From contig JBNRSN020000010.1 in NCBI GenBank assembly GCA_051313645.2, positions 9,734,001 to 9,798,000 of the forward strand: 64,000 nucleotides of DNA. Reading direction: 5' to 3'. The notes under the pieces were generated by a model, which saw only the letters and a program-made list of their open reading frames with translations, was not told the origin of the DNA and searched no databases. This document shows positions 52,371 to 64,000 of the stretch, piece by piece. Position 1 is the first letter of the stretch; every line of letters begins with the position of its first letter. This DNA comes from Centroscyllium fabricii (Eukaryota). A program made the position numbers and the translations under genes.

Positions 52371-53492
52371 GTTCAACTGTATTTATTCCCTATCCGTTAG
52401 CCATCTTTAATGCTTGCCTCTGTCTGATCTTTACACTGATTTCGCATTTTAAATTATTTAGGTGTATGATATTTCTACAGGACATCACTCTCCATCCATC
52501 TTAATATGTTAAATCTTTCACAAAGCCCAATATACCCACTCCACTACGACTCTGTTCGAATTGCAGTTCAGGTGGAGAACATCCCAGTGCTACTTGTCTA
52601 TTCTGTCCCAGTACTCATGCTGGGGTCCTGTGAAATGCAACCCTTCCCTCCACACTGCTCTGATTATGGTACATATGGACTCCATCACAGTCGTGCTGCT
52701 CCATCCTGTCCCTGTACTGGTGCCAGGATCCCGCGGAATGCAATCCCACCCTCGCATACCACTCTTCTGCACACATAAATGTAATGATATTCTGGGATTG
52801 ATTTATTAATATTTGGTTCAAATTTGTATTTGAATATTAACCCCAGTCTACCTGTTGTTTTCGCTGCTGTGTATTCTTTGTATTTTCTACTTAAACATCA
52901 ATCTGTTGCAGGCTGGGGAAGAACGCGTTCAGTTCCACCGGAAAGAAAAGCCGCAGCTGGTGCAGGAATCAAGATGTGGTCTGAGCGTGGAGATGTGATC
53001 AGTTCGCTTTCTGTGTAATGCTTGACGCATCAGAAAGTTGTCGTCTCCTGCTATGAACTTAATTTGTCACATTATATGAATACTGTTGAACAATTTTATG
53101 CATTTATTATGTAATTTTCTGTCTCAGTATAAGATGATGGTTGTTACATAATTATTAGTTTGGTCTTACATACAATATCTGTGTCAATGCATGAACATAG
53201 TACTTGTTACATGAATATTATTCATCTCACAATAGGAAGTTACTGGCTTCAATGTAAGACCATAGTAAGTCTCCTCATGTGTTCATTAGTCATATCATAT
53301 CAGCAGTAATGATCTCTTTCATTGAATATTAAATGTAAACACCACTAGTCACATCATATGACAATTAATCATCACATTATCCCCCTAATAGGGTTACCGT
53401 ATTCGGTCACACAGGTCCAAAGTCGAAAATTTTATGATATCTTGCCCGCAATTGGCTTATCCATCGATCAGCAGAACTGTTTGTACACTGCA

Positions 53493-53869
53493 GCGGCACG
53501 GTGGCACAGTGGTTAGCACTGTTTTCTCACAGCACTGGAGACCCGGGTTCAAATCCAGACACGGGTACTATCTGTGTGGAGTTTGCACATTCTCTCCGTG
53601 TCTGCGTGGGTTTCCTCCCACAGTCCAAAGATGTGGGGGTTAGGTTGATTGGCCATGATAAATTGACCCTTCGTGTTAGGGGGGTTGAATATGTGGGGTT
53701 ACGGGGATAGGGTGGGATATGTGTCGATGCAGGCTCGATAGGGATCGAGGGATATGGGGAGAGGGCAGTGGCGGGGTACTGTGTTTGGATGATCAGCCAT
53801 GATCTCATTGAATGGCGGAGCAGGGTAAAAGGTCCTAATGGCCAACTCCTGATCCTAGTTTCTATGTTT
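53493..53869 (+). mobile_element. tRNA-derived V-SINE (HE1-like)
   Basis: gcggcacggtggcacagtggttagcact...ggttcaaatcc, V-domain, CR1-like tail ending tttctatgttt; homologous to 1719-2118. Confidence 0.9.
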
Positions 53870-55401
53870 AAAAAAAAACTGCTGTTCGGTCTGATTATCC
53901 CATGCAAACACCCAATACTAGAATCAATCTGGAGATCAATAATACCACACAGCATTACACCACAACACCCATCTCCTTTATCCTAGCTTCCATACCCGAC
54001 GAAGCCAAACCTTTCCCCAGGCTCCACAGCTGTGCCGATTTAGACGTTGTGTGTATTCAAAGCGGGGGAGAAGCATCTGGGACGGCGCCGAAAAGCTCGA
54101 GTGTCTTCGCCGGAAGCAAGTGCAAGCGAAGTGCAGGCAGTGCAAGAATAGCACGTCAACCCAGGCCCCCACCCGACCGCCTCTTCAACCACCGTATGCC
54201 CCAACTGTGACAGAGACTGTGGTTCCTGCATTGAACACATCTGTCACCTGATAACTCATTTTAACGTGGAAGCAGTTCATCCTCGGTTGCGGGGGATTGC
54301 CTAAGAAGAAGACGATACTCAAGAATTGTCTTGGTAGATTTTTGAATATGAAAGGAAATAAAGGGGTATGGTTGTAGTGTAGGAAAGAAGAGATGAGGCA
54401 GAAGATGTGCCATGATCTTACAGAAAGTCTGTGCCGACTAGAAGAATCAAGTGGCCTATACTTGCTCCTATTTCATTTGTTCTTATGGCGGATGTGGATG
54501 TTGAACCCCAATAATCTTAACATCAGTCTTTGCCAAGGTACCACATGTTAGATTACTAGAGAACATAACAAGTAAATAATTAGTGGAGGACACCAAACTG
54601 ACAGGTTAGTCCACAGATCCCCGCGTTTGGTGGGGTTTGGAAATTACAAACCTGACCAGCCAATTTAAAGGTAGAGCATAACACACATAATCTAGATTTC
54701 TATTTTACGATGCCTAATCTCTTTGCAGTACGATTGTAAACATAAGTATCTGTTAGACGCAAAGAGCAATTGTTGCACATCAAAATTAGTCGTACAACAA
54801 TTTAGAGACTTTAGCATCTCCGATAATGAAACAGTAACTGTAACAAAGCAAACCGACAGATTTTTATTCGAGGGACATTACATTGGCTGCTGATGCTGAA
54901 TGTCCTATTACAGTGTCCCGGACTGTGAGGTGGTTATGATGGTGAACTCTGTGAATACATCATTTGAAACACCTTTGAAACATGCCGGTAGTTTGTGATT
55001 TCCGCGAATGCGCTAAATCCTGATATTACGATCTTGCCTTGAAAGATCAACTGCACTGCCTGCGTAAAACCATTTGTGGGTACAGAGTTAGGCTGTTTGT
55101 CCAGCACCTACATAGCAATTACGGCCGCGTTTCTTCTGGTTGCTGAAAGCAAGTGAAGCAACCTGTTTCACATCGGAAAAGAAGAACTGCAGTGGAAGAA
55201 TCACCACTTTACATTTCCCCGATACCAAGACAAACCTGGAATTGCGGCGTTTACAATCTGCATAATCAATTTTGATTGGAAATGATTATTTCGCCCTTAC
55301 GAGTTTTCTTAACAAGTCCATGAAGCAATTTTAGGGGAAAAAACAGTGAAAACATCTGTGACTTGCAATAAAAAAGATTCCCGTGCATTGGTGGAGATAA
55401 T

Positions 55402-56300
55402 GAGCCAGGTTTTCCGATCGCTAATTGTGATTTGGAGCTCGGGTGTACGCGCACCCGAGCTCCAAATCGCATGATGTGGAGTTGCCGGTGTTGGACTGGG
55501 GTGGACAAATGCAAGAATTCACATCACCAGGTTATAGTCCAACAGTTTTATTTGAATCACATGCTTTCTGAGCACAAGTGTTGTGTGACTACTTGCAAAT
55601 CGCATGAAGCAGCCGCTTGCAGATGCCCATGCATTTCCGAAGGAGGCCAGCGATGGGGGCGGGGGTGAGCTGCTGCGTTGATCAACGCAGGAGCCTGCGC
55701 ACCACGAGGTGCGCAGTAAATTTACGTTGTTCTTTTGAAGATTTTCAGCGGGGTATGTATTGATGATTCTATGCTTGAAAATAACAGTCGTAAGCACCCG
55801 TTTTTAGCAGGTATGTCCTTATTTCATTGATTTTAAGTGTTCTTTGAGGTTTATAATTTGTGTTCACATTAACGACAAGTAAGTGTTCTTCTAGGCCTGT
55901 TAAAGAGTGTAAGCATTTTTTCTAAATGTTTATTTTTTCTTTGAAATAAGTGTTTTATATTAGTTGGAGTACTGCTAAAAAATGTGGTTTTAAAAAATAT
56001 ATTTTTTTGAGTATACATGTGAGTTGGAAGATCTCTATTTTCAAAAGTTACACAGATTTCTCCGTGTAAGTATTGAATGGAGGATTGCTTCCATTGATTG
56101 TCTCCCTGCTGATCACGTGATCTCATGGGAGATTTCGAACTAATTGCGCCATTCATTAGCACAAGCATCCCGCACAGAGCTCTGCAAAGCAGCACTACTC
56201 GGAAGTTCAAAGTGCAAAAATTCAAAACGGAAAAAGTGCTGGGTAAGTGCAAATAGGAACACTGCACTCGCACGAAGGCTACAGGGCTAATCTCTGGCCC
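55402..56300. mobile_element. MITE (Harbinger-like, distant family B relative)
   Basis: gagccagg ... tctctggccc; TSD AAT/AAT (55399-55401, 56301-56303); near-perfect hairpin at 55427-55470. Confidence 0.75.
55475..55595 (-). mobile_element. Short Penelope pLTR insertion with inverted end
   Basis: Reverse complement of 57400-57500, followed by a short re-inverted piece gtgttgtgtgactacttg; flanked by the 12-bp duplication CAAATCGCATGA (55463-55474, 55596-55607). Confidence 0.75.
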
Positions 56301-57059
56301 AATGTGTCAAACAGACTCCTCGTTTAAAAGTAGGTGACTGCAGAGTTGTTTGAATTGATTTGCTGCAGATACAGAGGACAATAATCGCTTTGATCATGTG
56401 GGTAGTCTGTGTGAAGCGTAAACATTTTTACAGTAAAAACAACCTACACACAGACGATTTGCTGGGTTGAGGCTGATTTAGTAATAGCAAATCTACATTC
56501 CGCAGGATTACGTGAAGGAGACTTTTTTTCCTCGACCGAGCTTCATTGGATTTACGTAGGAAGTTGAATAAGAAAGTAAAATAAAAGGACCATCTGACAG
56601 ATTTCAGGGCCAAATTCTGTCCTTTCCACTAATAATTGTTCAAACAACATACTGCAACCATACAAGGAAAAGTGTTTTAGTCTGTCACCTATTTAAAGGA
56701 TATATTTTAATCTTGAAAATTAACATTGAATATATAGCGCGTAATGTCTTTCTGAAGTGCAGCCACATTACATGTAGGAGGTATAACACATTCATAGTTA
56801 TTTACTGAACACCATAACATGAATATTTTAACATAGGGACTAATACATTGTGCGTTTGATGGAACACATGTCGATTTATGAAATAGGTCCAAGCCCCGGT
56901 TTAATTATAAGGTTTTAAACGGCTTCAGTCTTTCAAATATTTAGTTGGAGCAATTTTCTGTTCATCACGGATTAAATTTCGGACAAGCTGTTGGACAATT
57001 TCTAAACCGTGACTATCTGAAGTTAATAATTAGTCAAAGAAGGGGAACGTTTCTATTGT

Positions 57060-57245
57060 AGCTCCTTTGGTGGAAACAAAAATCAAATAAACTGTAACTT
57101 AACAAAAAACATGAAAGTAAAATTAACAACTTATATTAAAACCCTGCTGCTGGGGGGTGATGATGCACTCCAGTCCCTGTGATGCCCACTGGTCTTGGCA
57201 GGCCTCGAGCATACCAGCGGACATTGCTTGCTCCATCTACAGGAC
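57060..57245 (-). mobile_element. Tx1/L1-like LINE 3' end
   Basis: Minus strand reads MEQAMSAGMLEACQDQWASQGLECIITP followed by a T-rich 3' UTR, resembling a Tx1-type ORF2 C-terminus. Confidence 0.5.
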
Positions 57246-58623
57246 AATATTTACACCTTTCATTGCGCTGATTATCTCTCTGCCGAGGTGTGATTCAGGC
57301 CAGTTAGAAAAATTACCTGTAATCATCTAGCATTGTTTTGTGACCATAAATGCTGTGCTGATCTGCATTTTTTCACTTCAGCTGAAGAAGGCACAGTGCT
57401 CCTAAAGCTTGTGTTTCAAATAAAACTTTTGGACCGTAACCTGGTGTTGTATGACTTTTTACATTTGTCCACCCCAGTCCAATACCGGCAGCACCACATC
57501 ATGTCTACTATCGACAGCACAAATTGACTGCTCCAAGTGGAGAGGATCTCCAAGAAGATCGCGCACATCGACACAATCATCCACTTTCTACCCAGATGAA
57601 ATAAAGCAGCCAAGATCACGAAAGGACTACAGATAACGAACCCACTCAAGTCGCCCTACAAAACAAACTATGCTGAGAGACTCTGCCGTCGTACCTCTTG
57701 CAAACATATCAAAAATCTCGTACACCAGCTCAGCAGCAGATGCTGCAACCTCGAAACCAAAATAGAGTTCATGTTCACATTCTGTGCTGTGGACAGAGCA
57801 GGCGAGCTACGAGACACCGCCAAACAGACGAGGCAACATAACTATACTGCCTAAATGCACATCAAGCAAAGTATGCTTGAGAAGCTCGGCATGACCACCA
57901 GCAGCAGCCAAGCCTCCCGCGGCACCACGTTTGAAAGCACAGCGAAGACAACCATCAACGTGTCTGACCTCACCCTTCATTAAGACGAAATCGAAGTTCT
58001 CAGCGGAGGGCTCAATTTCTGCTCCAACACCAAAATGGACCACAGAGGAATTAATGGGGTCAATGCGTCTCTGGGAATTCTTCCATAGATCCCAAGATGT
58101 CAACAGCGAACCCAATGAGACAATCAAAGATCCGGTGCAGCAGACAGAGTTATTCGAAGTGCAGCAACCGAGGAAGAAAGAGGCAAATTGTAACCCTCCA
58201 GAGGGCCGCTGCCCTAAGCCTGACATGTATGCTCAAGCTGTCAGGAGATGCATTAATGCCAGATTCATTATGCACAATCACATGACGGAGCAGAATGTCA
58301 CCTTTGCACAATGCAATTCCATCCATGCTCTCAAGACTAACCGCATCATTGTCATGAAACCAGCAGACAAAGGAGGAGCCATCATCATATAGAAAAGAAT
58401 GAACTATTGCAAAGAAGCATACCGATAACTGGACAACCAAGAACACAACAGTTACACACAGTTCTGACCAAAGAACGCAACTGCCAACGCAGCAGACTGA
58501 AAAAGACCTTCGATACTGAGCTCCAGAGTATCCTACGCGCACTTAACACACGTACTCATTGTGTGGGAGACATCTACTGCCTCCCAAAAATACACAAAAC
58601 CAACACACCCAGATGCCCTATCG

Positions 58624-58876
58624 CAGTGGTCTCCAACCGGCGGTCCTCGTCACCCCCCTCCCCCCGCTGAGAGTTAAAATCCTCGTCACCCCCCCCCCCC
58701 CAGCTGAGAGCAAAAATCCTCGTCAGCACCCCCCCCCCCCCGAGAGAAAAAAACCTCGTCAGCATCCCCCCCCCTGCTGAGAGTAAAATTCTCCATCAGA
58801 AGCCCCCCCCACCGGTCCGCGAAGAAATTGACAAGCCCAAAACGGGCCGCGAACGCACAAAGGTTGGGGACCACTG
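58624..58876. mobile_element. hAT-type MITE with internal C-tract tandem repeat
   Basis: TIR cagtggtctccaacc / ggttggggaccactg; 8-bp TSD CCCTATCG/CCCTGTCG; it interrupts the PLE RT frame (PRCPI|VSG). Confidence 0.9.
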
Positions 58877-59291
58877 CCCTGTCGTATCAGGCAGCAGAAC
58901 CCTGAGTGAGAAACTCTCCGGACATGTCGATGGCATTGTGAAACCCATTGTACAGGGGAATCCCTGCTTCTGTCGTGACACTAGAGAATTATTACAGAAA
59001 CTCAGCACCCACGGATCAGTTGATCCAGGAATACTGCTGGCCACGATGGATGTCTCGGCACTCTACAGCAGTATTCCCCACGATAACTGCATTGCTGCGA
59101 CAGACTCAGTACTTAACAACAACAGCCCATCTCCAGACACCATTCTACAATTCATCCGCTTCATCCTTCACCACAATGTGTTCACCATCGATAACCAGTT
59201 TTTTACCCAAACACACGGAACAGCCATGGGCACAAAGTTGTAAAACAATATGCCAATATCTTCATGCACAAGTTTCAGGAAGGCTTCTTCG

Positions 59292-59835
59292 CTGCACAGA
59301 ACCTCCAACCAAAGCTGAAGAAAGCCAGGCTGTCATCCGGCATCCTCTCCAACTTCTACCGCTGCACAATAGAAAGCATACTGACAAGCTGCATCACTGT
59401 CTGGTATGGAAATTGCACTATCTCGGACCGGAAAACCCTGCAGCGGGTAGTCAGAACTGCCCAACGAATTACCGGTACACAGCTACCGTCAATGGAAAGC
59501 ATCTTCCTCAAACGCTGCTTACGGAGTTCTATGAACATTATTAAACACCCCACACACCCCAGCCACAGTCTGTTCGCCCCCCTGCCCTCCGGGAGACGCT
59601 ACAGAGCAATTTGCACCCGCACAACTAGATTTCAGAACAGCTTCTTCCCCAGGGCTGTCAGACTCCTGAACTCTAAAAAGAAACTCCGGTACCTGCACGC
59701 CTGATAATGTACTTTACTGTATGCAATTTGCATGTAATTTATTTGCACTACTGTCGGGAGAGTCGAGACTTCGTCTCGTTGTATTGTACTAGTACTCTGC
59801 AATGACAATAAAACTTGAATTGAATTGAATTGAAT
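59292..59835 (+). mobile_element. Rex1/Babar LINE 3' fragment inside the PLE RT
   Basis: NFYRCTIESILTSCITVWYG...LPSGRRYR...NSFFPRAVRLLN, AATAAA and a (TTGAA)n tail; same family as 19491-21118. Confidence 0.9.
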
Positions 59836-62405
59836 ATTATTCGATGATGTATTCCTGCTAAGGACTCACGCGAAGAATCATTTAAAAGACAACATGATAA
59901 CATCAACAAATTCCAACCCACCATCAAACTCACCATGTACTACTCGTCAGAGTCGGTTTCGTTCTTGGACACATGAATATCCATCAAAGATGGACAGCTC
60001 AGCACTTCACTCTACTGCAATCCCGCGGACAACCTCACGATGCTCCACTTCTGCAGCTTCCACCCTAACCACGTTACATAAGTCAACCGCTGTGGACAAA
60101 CCCTGCAAAAGCACAATATCTGCTCAGAAGAGGAGGAACGCAATGGACAACTGCAGACGCTGAAAGACGCACTCATAATATCGGGATATGTCACTCGACT
60201 CGTTGATCGACAGTTCCGATGGGCCACAGCGCAAAATCGGATCGACCTCCTCAGAAGACGAACAGGGGCACAGACAACAGAGTACCTTTCGTTGTCTTGT
60301 ACTTCCCCTGAGTGGAGAAACTACGTCATGTTCTTCACTGCCTCCAACTTGTCATCGATGATGAGGAATAACTCGCTAATGCCATTCCCACACCTCCACT
60401 TCTTGCCTTCAAACAGCCACCTAACCTCAATCAGACAATTGATTGCAGCAAATTAACCAGCTTTCAGGAGAACAGCTGCCATGACACCACAGAACCATGC
60501 CACTTCAAGCTCTGCAAAACAGGCCAGACATTCAACACAGATACCATCATCACACGTGAGGACGCCACCCACCACTTACATGGTGCATACTCAAGTGACT
60601 CGGCCAACGTTGTCTACATCATAATTGCAGGAAAGAATGCTCTGGAGCATGCTACTTTGGCGGGAAGATGCAGACACTGCAACAATGGATAAATGGACAC
60701 TGCACAACAATCGCCAAGCAGGATTGTTCCCTCCCAGTCGGTGAACACTTCAGCAATCAAGGATATTCAGCCTCCGGTCTTCGGGTAAGCATTCTCCAAG
60801 GTGGCCTTCGAGACTCACGACAACACAAAATCGTCCAGCAGAAACTGATAGCCAAACTCTGCACTCAGGAGTACGGCCTCTAACGGGTTCATGTCAGACT
60901 AAATGTAACCCCACCTGACGAATAGTAATCTAGACTGGAGTAGTTGTTGTTTTGTTCTTTCTACGCACATGTGGCTGGACCTGCTCTGATTTCATGCAAA
61001 ACACACAATTTTATTTTTTATTGCAAGAAGTCACACAACACCAGGTTATAGTCCAACTGTTTTATTTCAAATCACAAGCTTTCGGGGCGTAGCTATTTCA
61101 TCACTTGTGTAAGATTCATTTAAACATAGCATATATAGGAGGGAGAGAGAAGTGTAATCTTTCAAACATCACACCTCAGCAGAGAGACATACAAAGCAAC
61201 CAAAGGTGCTTTAACATATTTTAACATATCAGTCAGGCATCAGGCTGTCATCAATGAGATGTAGTCACAAAGGGGCAAATGTTGCATTCTGTTCTGTTTG
61301 TTGATTGATTTGTTTATTTTTGGATTTTTTCAGAAAGCCCCCAGTAAGTGCAACATTTGACGACTTGTGACCCGACCTCATTGTTCTTTGATGGACTATT
61401 TTGCTGACTGACCAGTTTGTACTCCTTCCATGGCAAGACCATCATTCCTCAGATAACGCGATCAAAAGTGCATAGAATATCATCATCATCTAATCACCAT
61501 TAATACAATCAGCCTTTCACTGCCAACGCAGCAGGGGACAAACAGCCTGATATTATGTAAAATATGCTTTCGAGTGTATAAACCAAAGGTGGACATTTCG
61601 GTCATTCAATAATGTTTGTAGGATGAGGGGAGCATTCTTAAGGGGATATTTTGCGAGGTTTATCGCCTTGCCTATCATTTTTCCATTAATGGCATGTTGG
61701 CTTTGCTGGCAAGGTCAGCATTATTGCTCATCCCTAATGGCACTTTGGACGTTGGTGGTGAACCACTTCAGCCTGTGTGGTGAAGGTACTCTGTGGTACA
61801 TGAGAACGTCATCGGAGACAGGTTTGAATGTGAAATATGGGTTCAGCGCCAGTGAGACTGCACACCAGGAGCAGAGCATGGATATGTGCCCCTGTGACAA
61901 ATCTACTGAACGGTGCTCCGGGTGCTCTGTGACGTTGTTACTGGCTGCTGTGTGATTGGCTCCTGTCTTCATTGTGATTTCACCTGTAGAGAGGATCCAC
62001 CCCTGGTTACGCTCCATCAGTGGTGAGAGACTGCAGGCGGAGCTGGAGTTGGCAGCAGATATTGTGTGTCATTGCAGCCCCTATAAATAGGAGTAAGGAA
62101 ATTTAAGAACAATTTAACATTAATTCATGTATTCAACCAAATGACATTAATGATAAATATATTCAAATTAACTATATTGTTAGTCGTAAAATTAGTCCCA
62201 TTGCTTTTGAGTCATATATTCCAGAATTAACGAGTAATTTAATATTCAAATATTCCCTGAGAGAGCATTTTCTCAGGAAGAAGTAGAGCGCAATTTCGAA
62301 TCATCACCCCACTAACTGCGCCTCGAGAAAAGTCGCTGGAATCACAGAGCAGTTCTGATGGAACCAACACTCTCACTAAGCAAGCCTGGATTAATCAGGA
62401 AGCAT

Positions 62406-64000
62406 TGTGGCTACACGCCCACCAGGACCATCGAATCCGCCTCGGGAGTACTGCGGGGCACGGCCCCGCCCATCGGGTGACGTGTTGACGTCACCGCGAC
62501 TTCCGGGGTGATGACGTTACCAACCGCGGGCTCTTTAAATAAGCCTGTCCCAGGTAGCTCAGTCTCTTCGCTACCTGGCCCCTGCAGAGTAAAGCAATAA
62601 ATGAGTGTTATCTAATCTCACTGTCTCCAGAGTGGTTCTTCAGGCCTGCATGCACTACAGTGGTGACCCCGTACTTGGAACGACATCCAAGAGAACAAAA
62701 CGAAGCAGTTGCTGCAGGACTGAGGGCCAAGCTGCCTCAGTACACTACCCACCAACATGCCATCAGGGAGCCAAGCAGCGCGACCTCAAAGACTGGGCCA
62801 GAACTCCGGCCAAAAAACAACTCTGCCAGAGTTCTTGGAGCTACGCCCAGCGGCCTGGTTCCTCTGCATCGAAAACACCTACTGCATCCAAGGCGTTCAC
62901 GGGGACGATCGCTACAACCTGCTCTTCGCGGCCCTATCACAGACCACGTTCGACTGAATGTAGCCCACGATACAGCGCGCACCAACCGCAGGCAGGTATG
63001 AATTCCTTAAGGCCGCGCTGCTAAAGAAATTCACCCCCTCCCAATTTGAGCGCGGCTGCCAGCTCATTAACCTCCCCGAACTGGGGGACTCAGAACCATC
63101 GGACCTCTGGGCCCAAATGGAAGCGCTGAATTGCGACTCAGCCACCATTAAGCGCACGTTGTTCCTCCTCAAACTGCCTCCCTCCGTCAGACCGGCTCTG
63201 ACGACCCTCTACCACTACAGCGGAGAACAACTGGCTGAGGAGGCCGACAAGCTGATGAGGGCCGAGCGCTCCCGCTCTGCCACGTGCAAACCCGCTGCCA
63301 CGGCACTGGAGCCCCACCACGCGCACCCCAGGTCCGACCCCAAGTCTGAACCCAGGCCAACGCGACCCCGCAAAAAGCTGTGCACAACAGGCCCCGGCTG
63401 GTGTTACTATCACACCTGATTTGAAGCCAAAGCGCAGCGCTGCATCCAGCCCTGCACCTTCAAACCCCAGCCCAGCTCAATCCCCACCATGTCCGTAGGC
63501 CGCTCTGGAGCACTGCTCTTCGTCACGGACAGTGGCTCAGGCCTCCGCTTCCTCTGCGACACAGGCGCGCAGCACAGCATCGTGCCAGCCGCCCCCGCAG
63601 AAACCAAGCAAGGTACCCAAGTCCCACCACTCGAAGCCGCAAACGGCTCCGAAATAGTTACGTACGGCACCCGCAAGCTCACCATCAAGCTGGCAGGCCA
63701 CACGTACCTGTGGGACTTCATCACAGCCCAAGTCAAACTACCCCTCCTCGGGGCAGATTTCCTCTGCGCCCACGGCCTCCTGATCGACGTGACCCGGCGC
63801 CGACTGGTCGACATCCATAACATGTCGACCATCCCGTGCTCCACAGGGCCGGCACATCAGGCCCACGCAGCGTCCCACTGCCGATTCAGGAACTCCGACA
63901 TGTACGGCACGCTCCTCGCAGAGTTCCCAGTCCTCACCAACCCCACCTTCACAGCCCGCATGGCCAAGCATGGGGTGGAGCATCACATCAACACCACAGG
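62406..64000 (+). mobile_element. Gypsy LTR retrotransposon, CsRn1-type, 5' part (truncated by window end)
   Basis: LTR TG..CA at 62406-62659 with tttaaata and aataaa; PBS TGGTGACCCCG at 62661 (tRNA-Trp-like). gag LPEF..PAAWF, CHCC motif CYYHT*FEAKAQRCIQPC, protease FLCDTGA, LLGADFL; several premature stops. Confidence 0.9.

Larger units (their letters stand above)
47850..52998 (+). pseudogene. NLR LRR exons, cluster 2, including a terminal exon
   Basis: 47850-47933 LDGNDLGDSGLKLLSVFLRNS; 48076-about 48250 LADNSLRDS*...LTGLYLGHNILGDLGAKRLSEALKN; 48419-48588 LTDNGLTDSFAEDL...H*NRSLMELNLNSNSVGDS; terminal exon 52912-52998 LGKNAFSSTGK/(frameshift)QLVQESRCGLSVEM*. All have ag acceptors; stops and frameshifts are present. 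Confidence 0.85.
57250..61210 (+). mobile_element. Near full-length degraded Penelope-like element (pLTR, RT, GIY-YIG) with inverted pLTR on the right
   Basis: pLTR with CTGAAGA..tAAA at about 57382; ATG at 57501; IVMKPADKGGAI, YCLPKIHK, MDVSALYSSIPH, QTHGTAMGTK; GIY-YIG SANVVYII...CYFG, SLPVGEHF ending at 60883. 61020-61210 is the reverse complement of 57250-57470. Confidence 0.9.

Noticed and set aside
53493-53570. tRNA gene (also 2040-2118)
   Set aside because: The A/B boxes belong to SINE heads that continue into a V-domain and CR1 tail; there is no complete cloverleaf.
53902-54251. GC-rich ORF-bearing stretch after the SINE
   Set aside because: It has no recognisable motif, splice pattern or repeat hallmark, so it is left unassigned.
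59264-59704. 146-aa ORF as a novel PLE-Rex1 fusion protein
   Set aside because: It is an accidental in-frame junction from a 5'-truncated Rex1 insertion into a dead PLE RT.

Overview
This is eukaryotic, repeat-dense genomic DNA, most likely from a cartilaginous fish (shark or ray). That host call is inferred from HE1-type V-SINEs, very abundant CR1 LINEs, and elasmobranch-style NLR LRR exons and GPR139-like receptor. Only one host gene looks intact: a two-exon class A GPCR (GPR139/GPR142-like, 33830-35217, 329 aa). It lies between two pseudogenised NLR leucine-rich-repeat exon arrays (3712-4360 and 47850-52998). Most of the rest is nested mobile DNA: many CR1 fragments, two Rex1/Babar LINE pieces, Penelope-like elements with hammerhead-like pseudo-LTRs, a near-intact Tf1/sushi chromovirus (21616-27284), two CsRn1-type Gypsy elements, a Harbinger derivative with a Myb remnant, several GGGCC-ended MITEs, a hAT MITE and tandem repeats. 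Best leads: (1) an orphan env-like glycoprotein C-terminus followed by a possible accessory region, PPT and LTR (39100-41060); (2) an 11-nt self-priming signature and oddly distributed, in-phase LTR differences in the sushi element; (3) MITEs whose internal palindrome arms co-vary; (4) head-to-head hammerhead-like pLTR pairs inside a triplicated non-coding unit. All calls were made by eye without database searches, and boundaries of degraded repeats are approximate.
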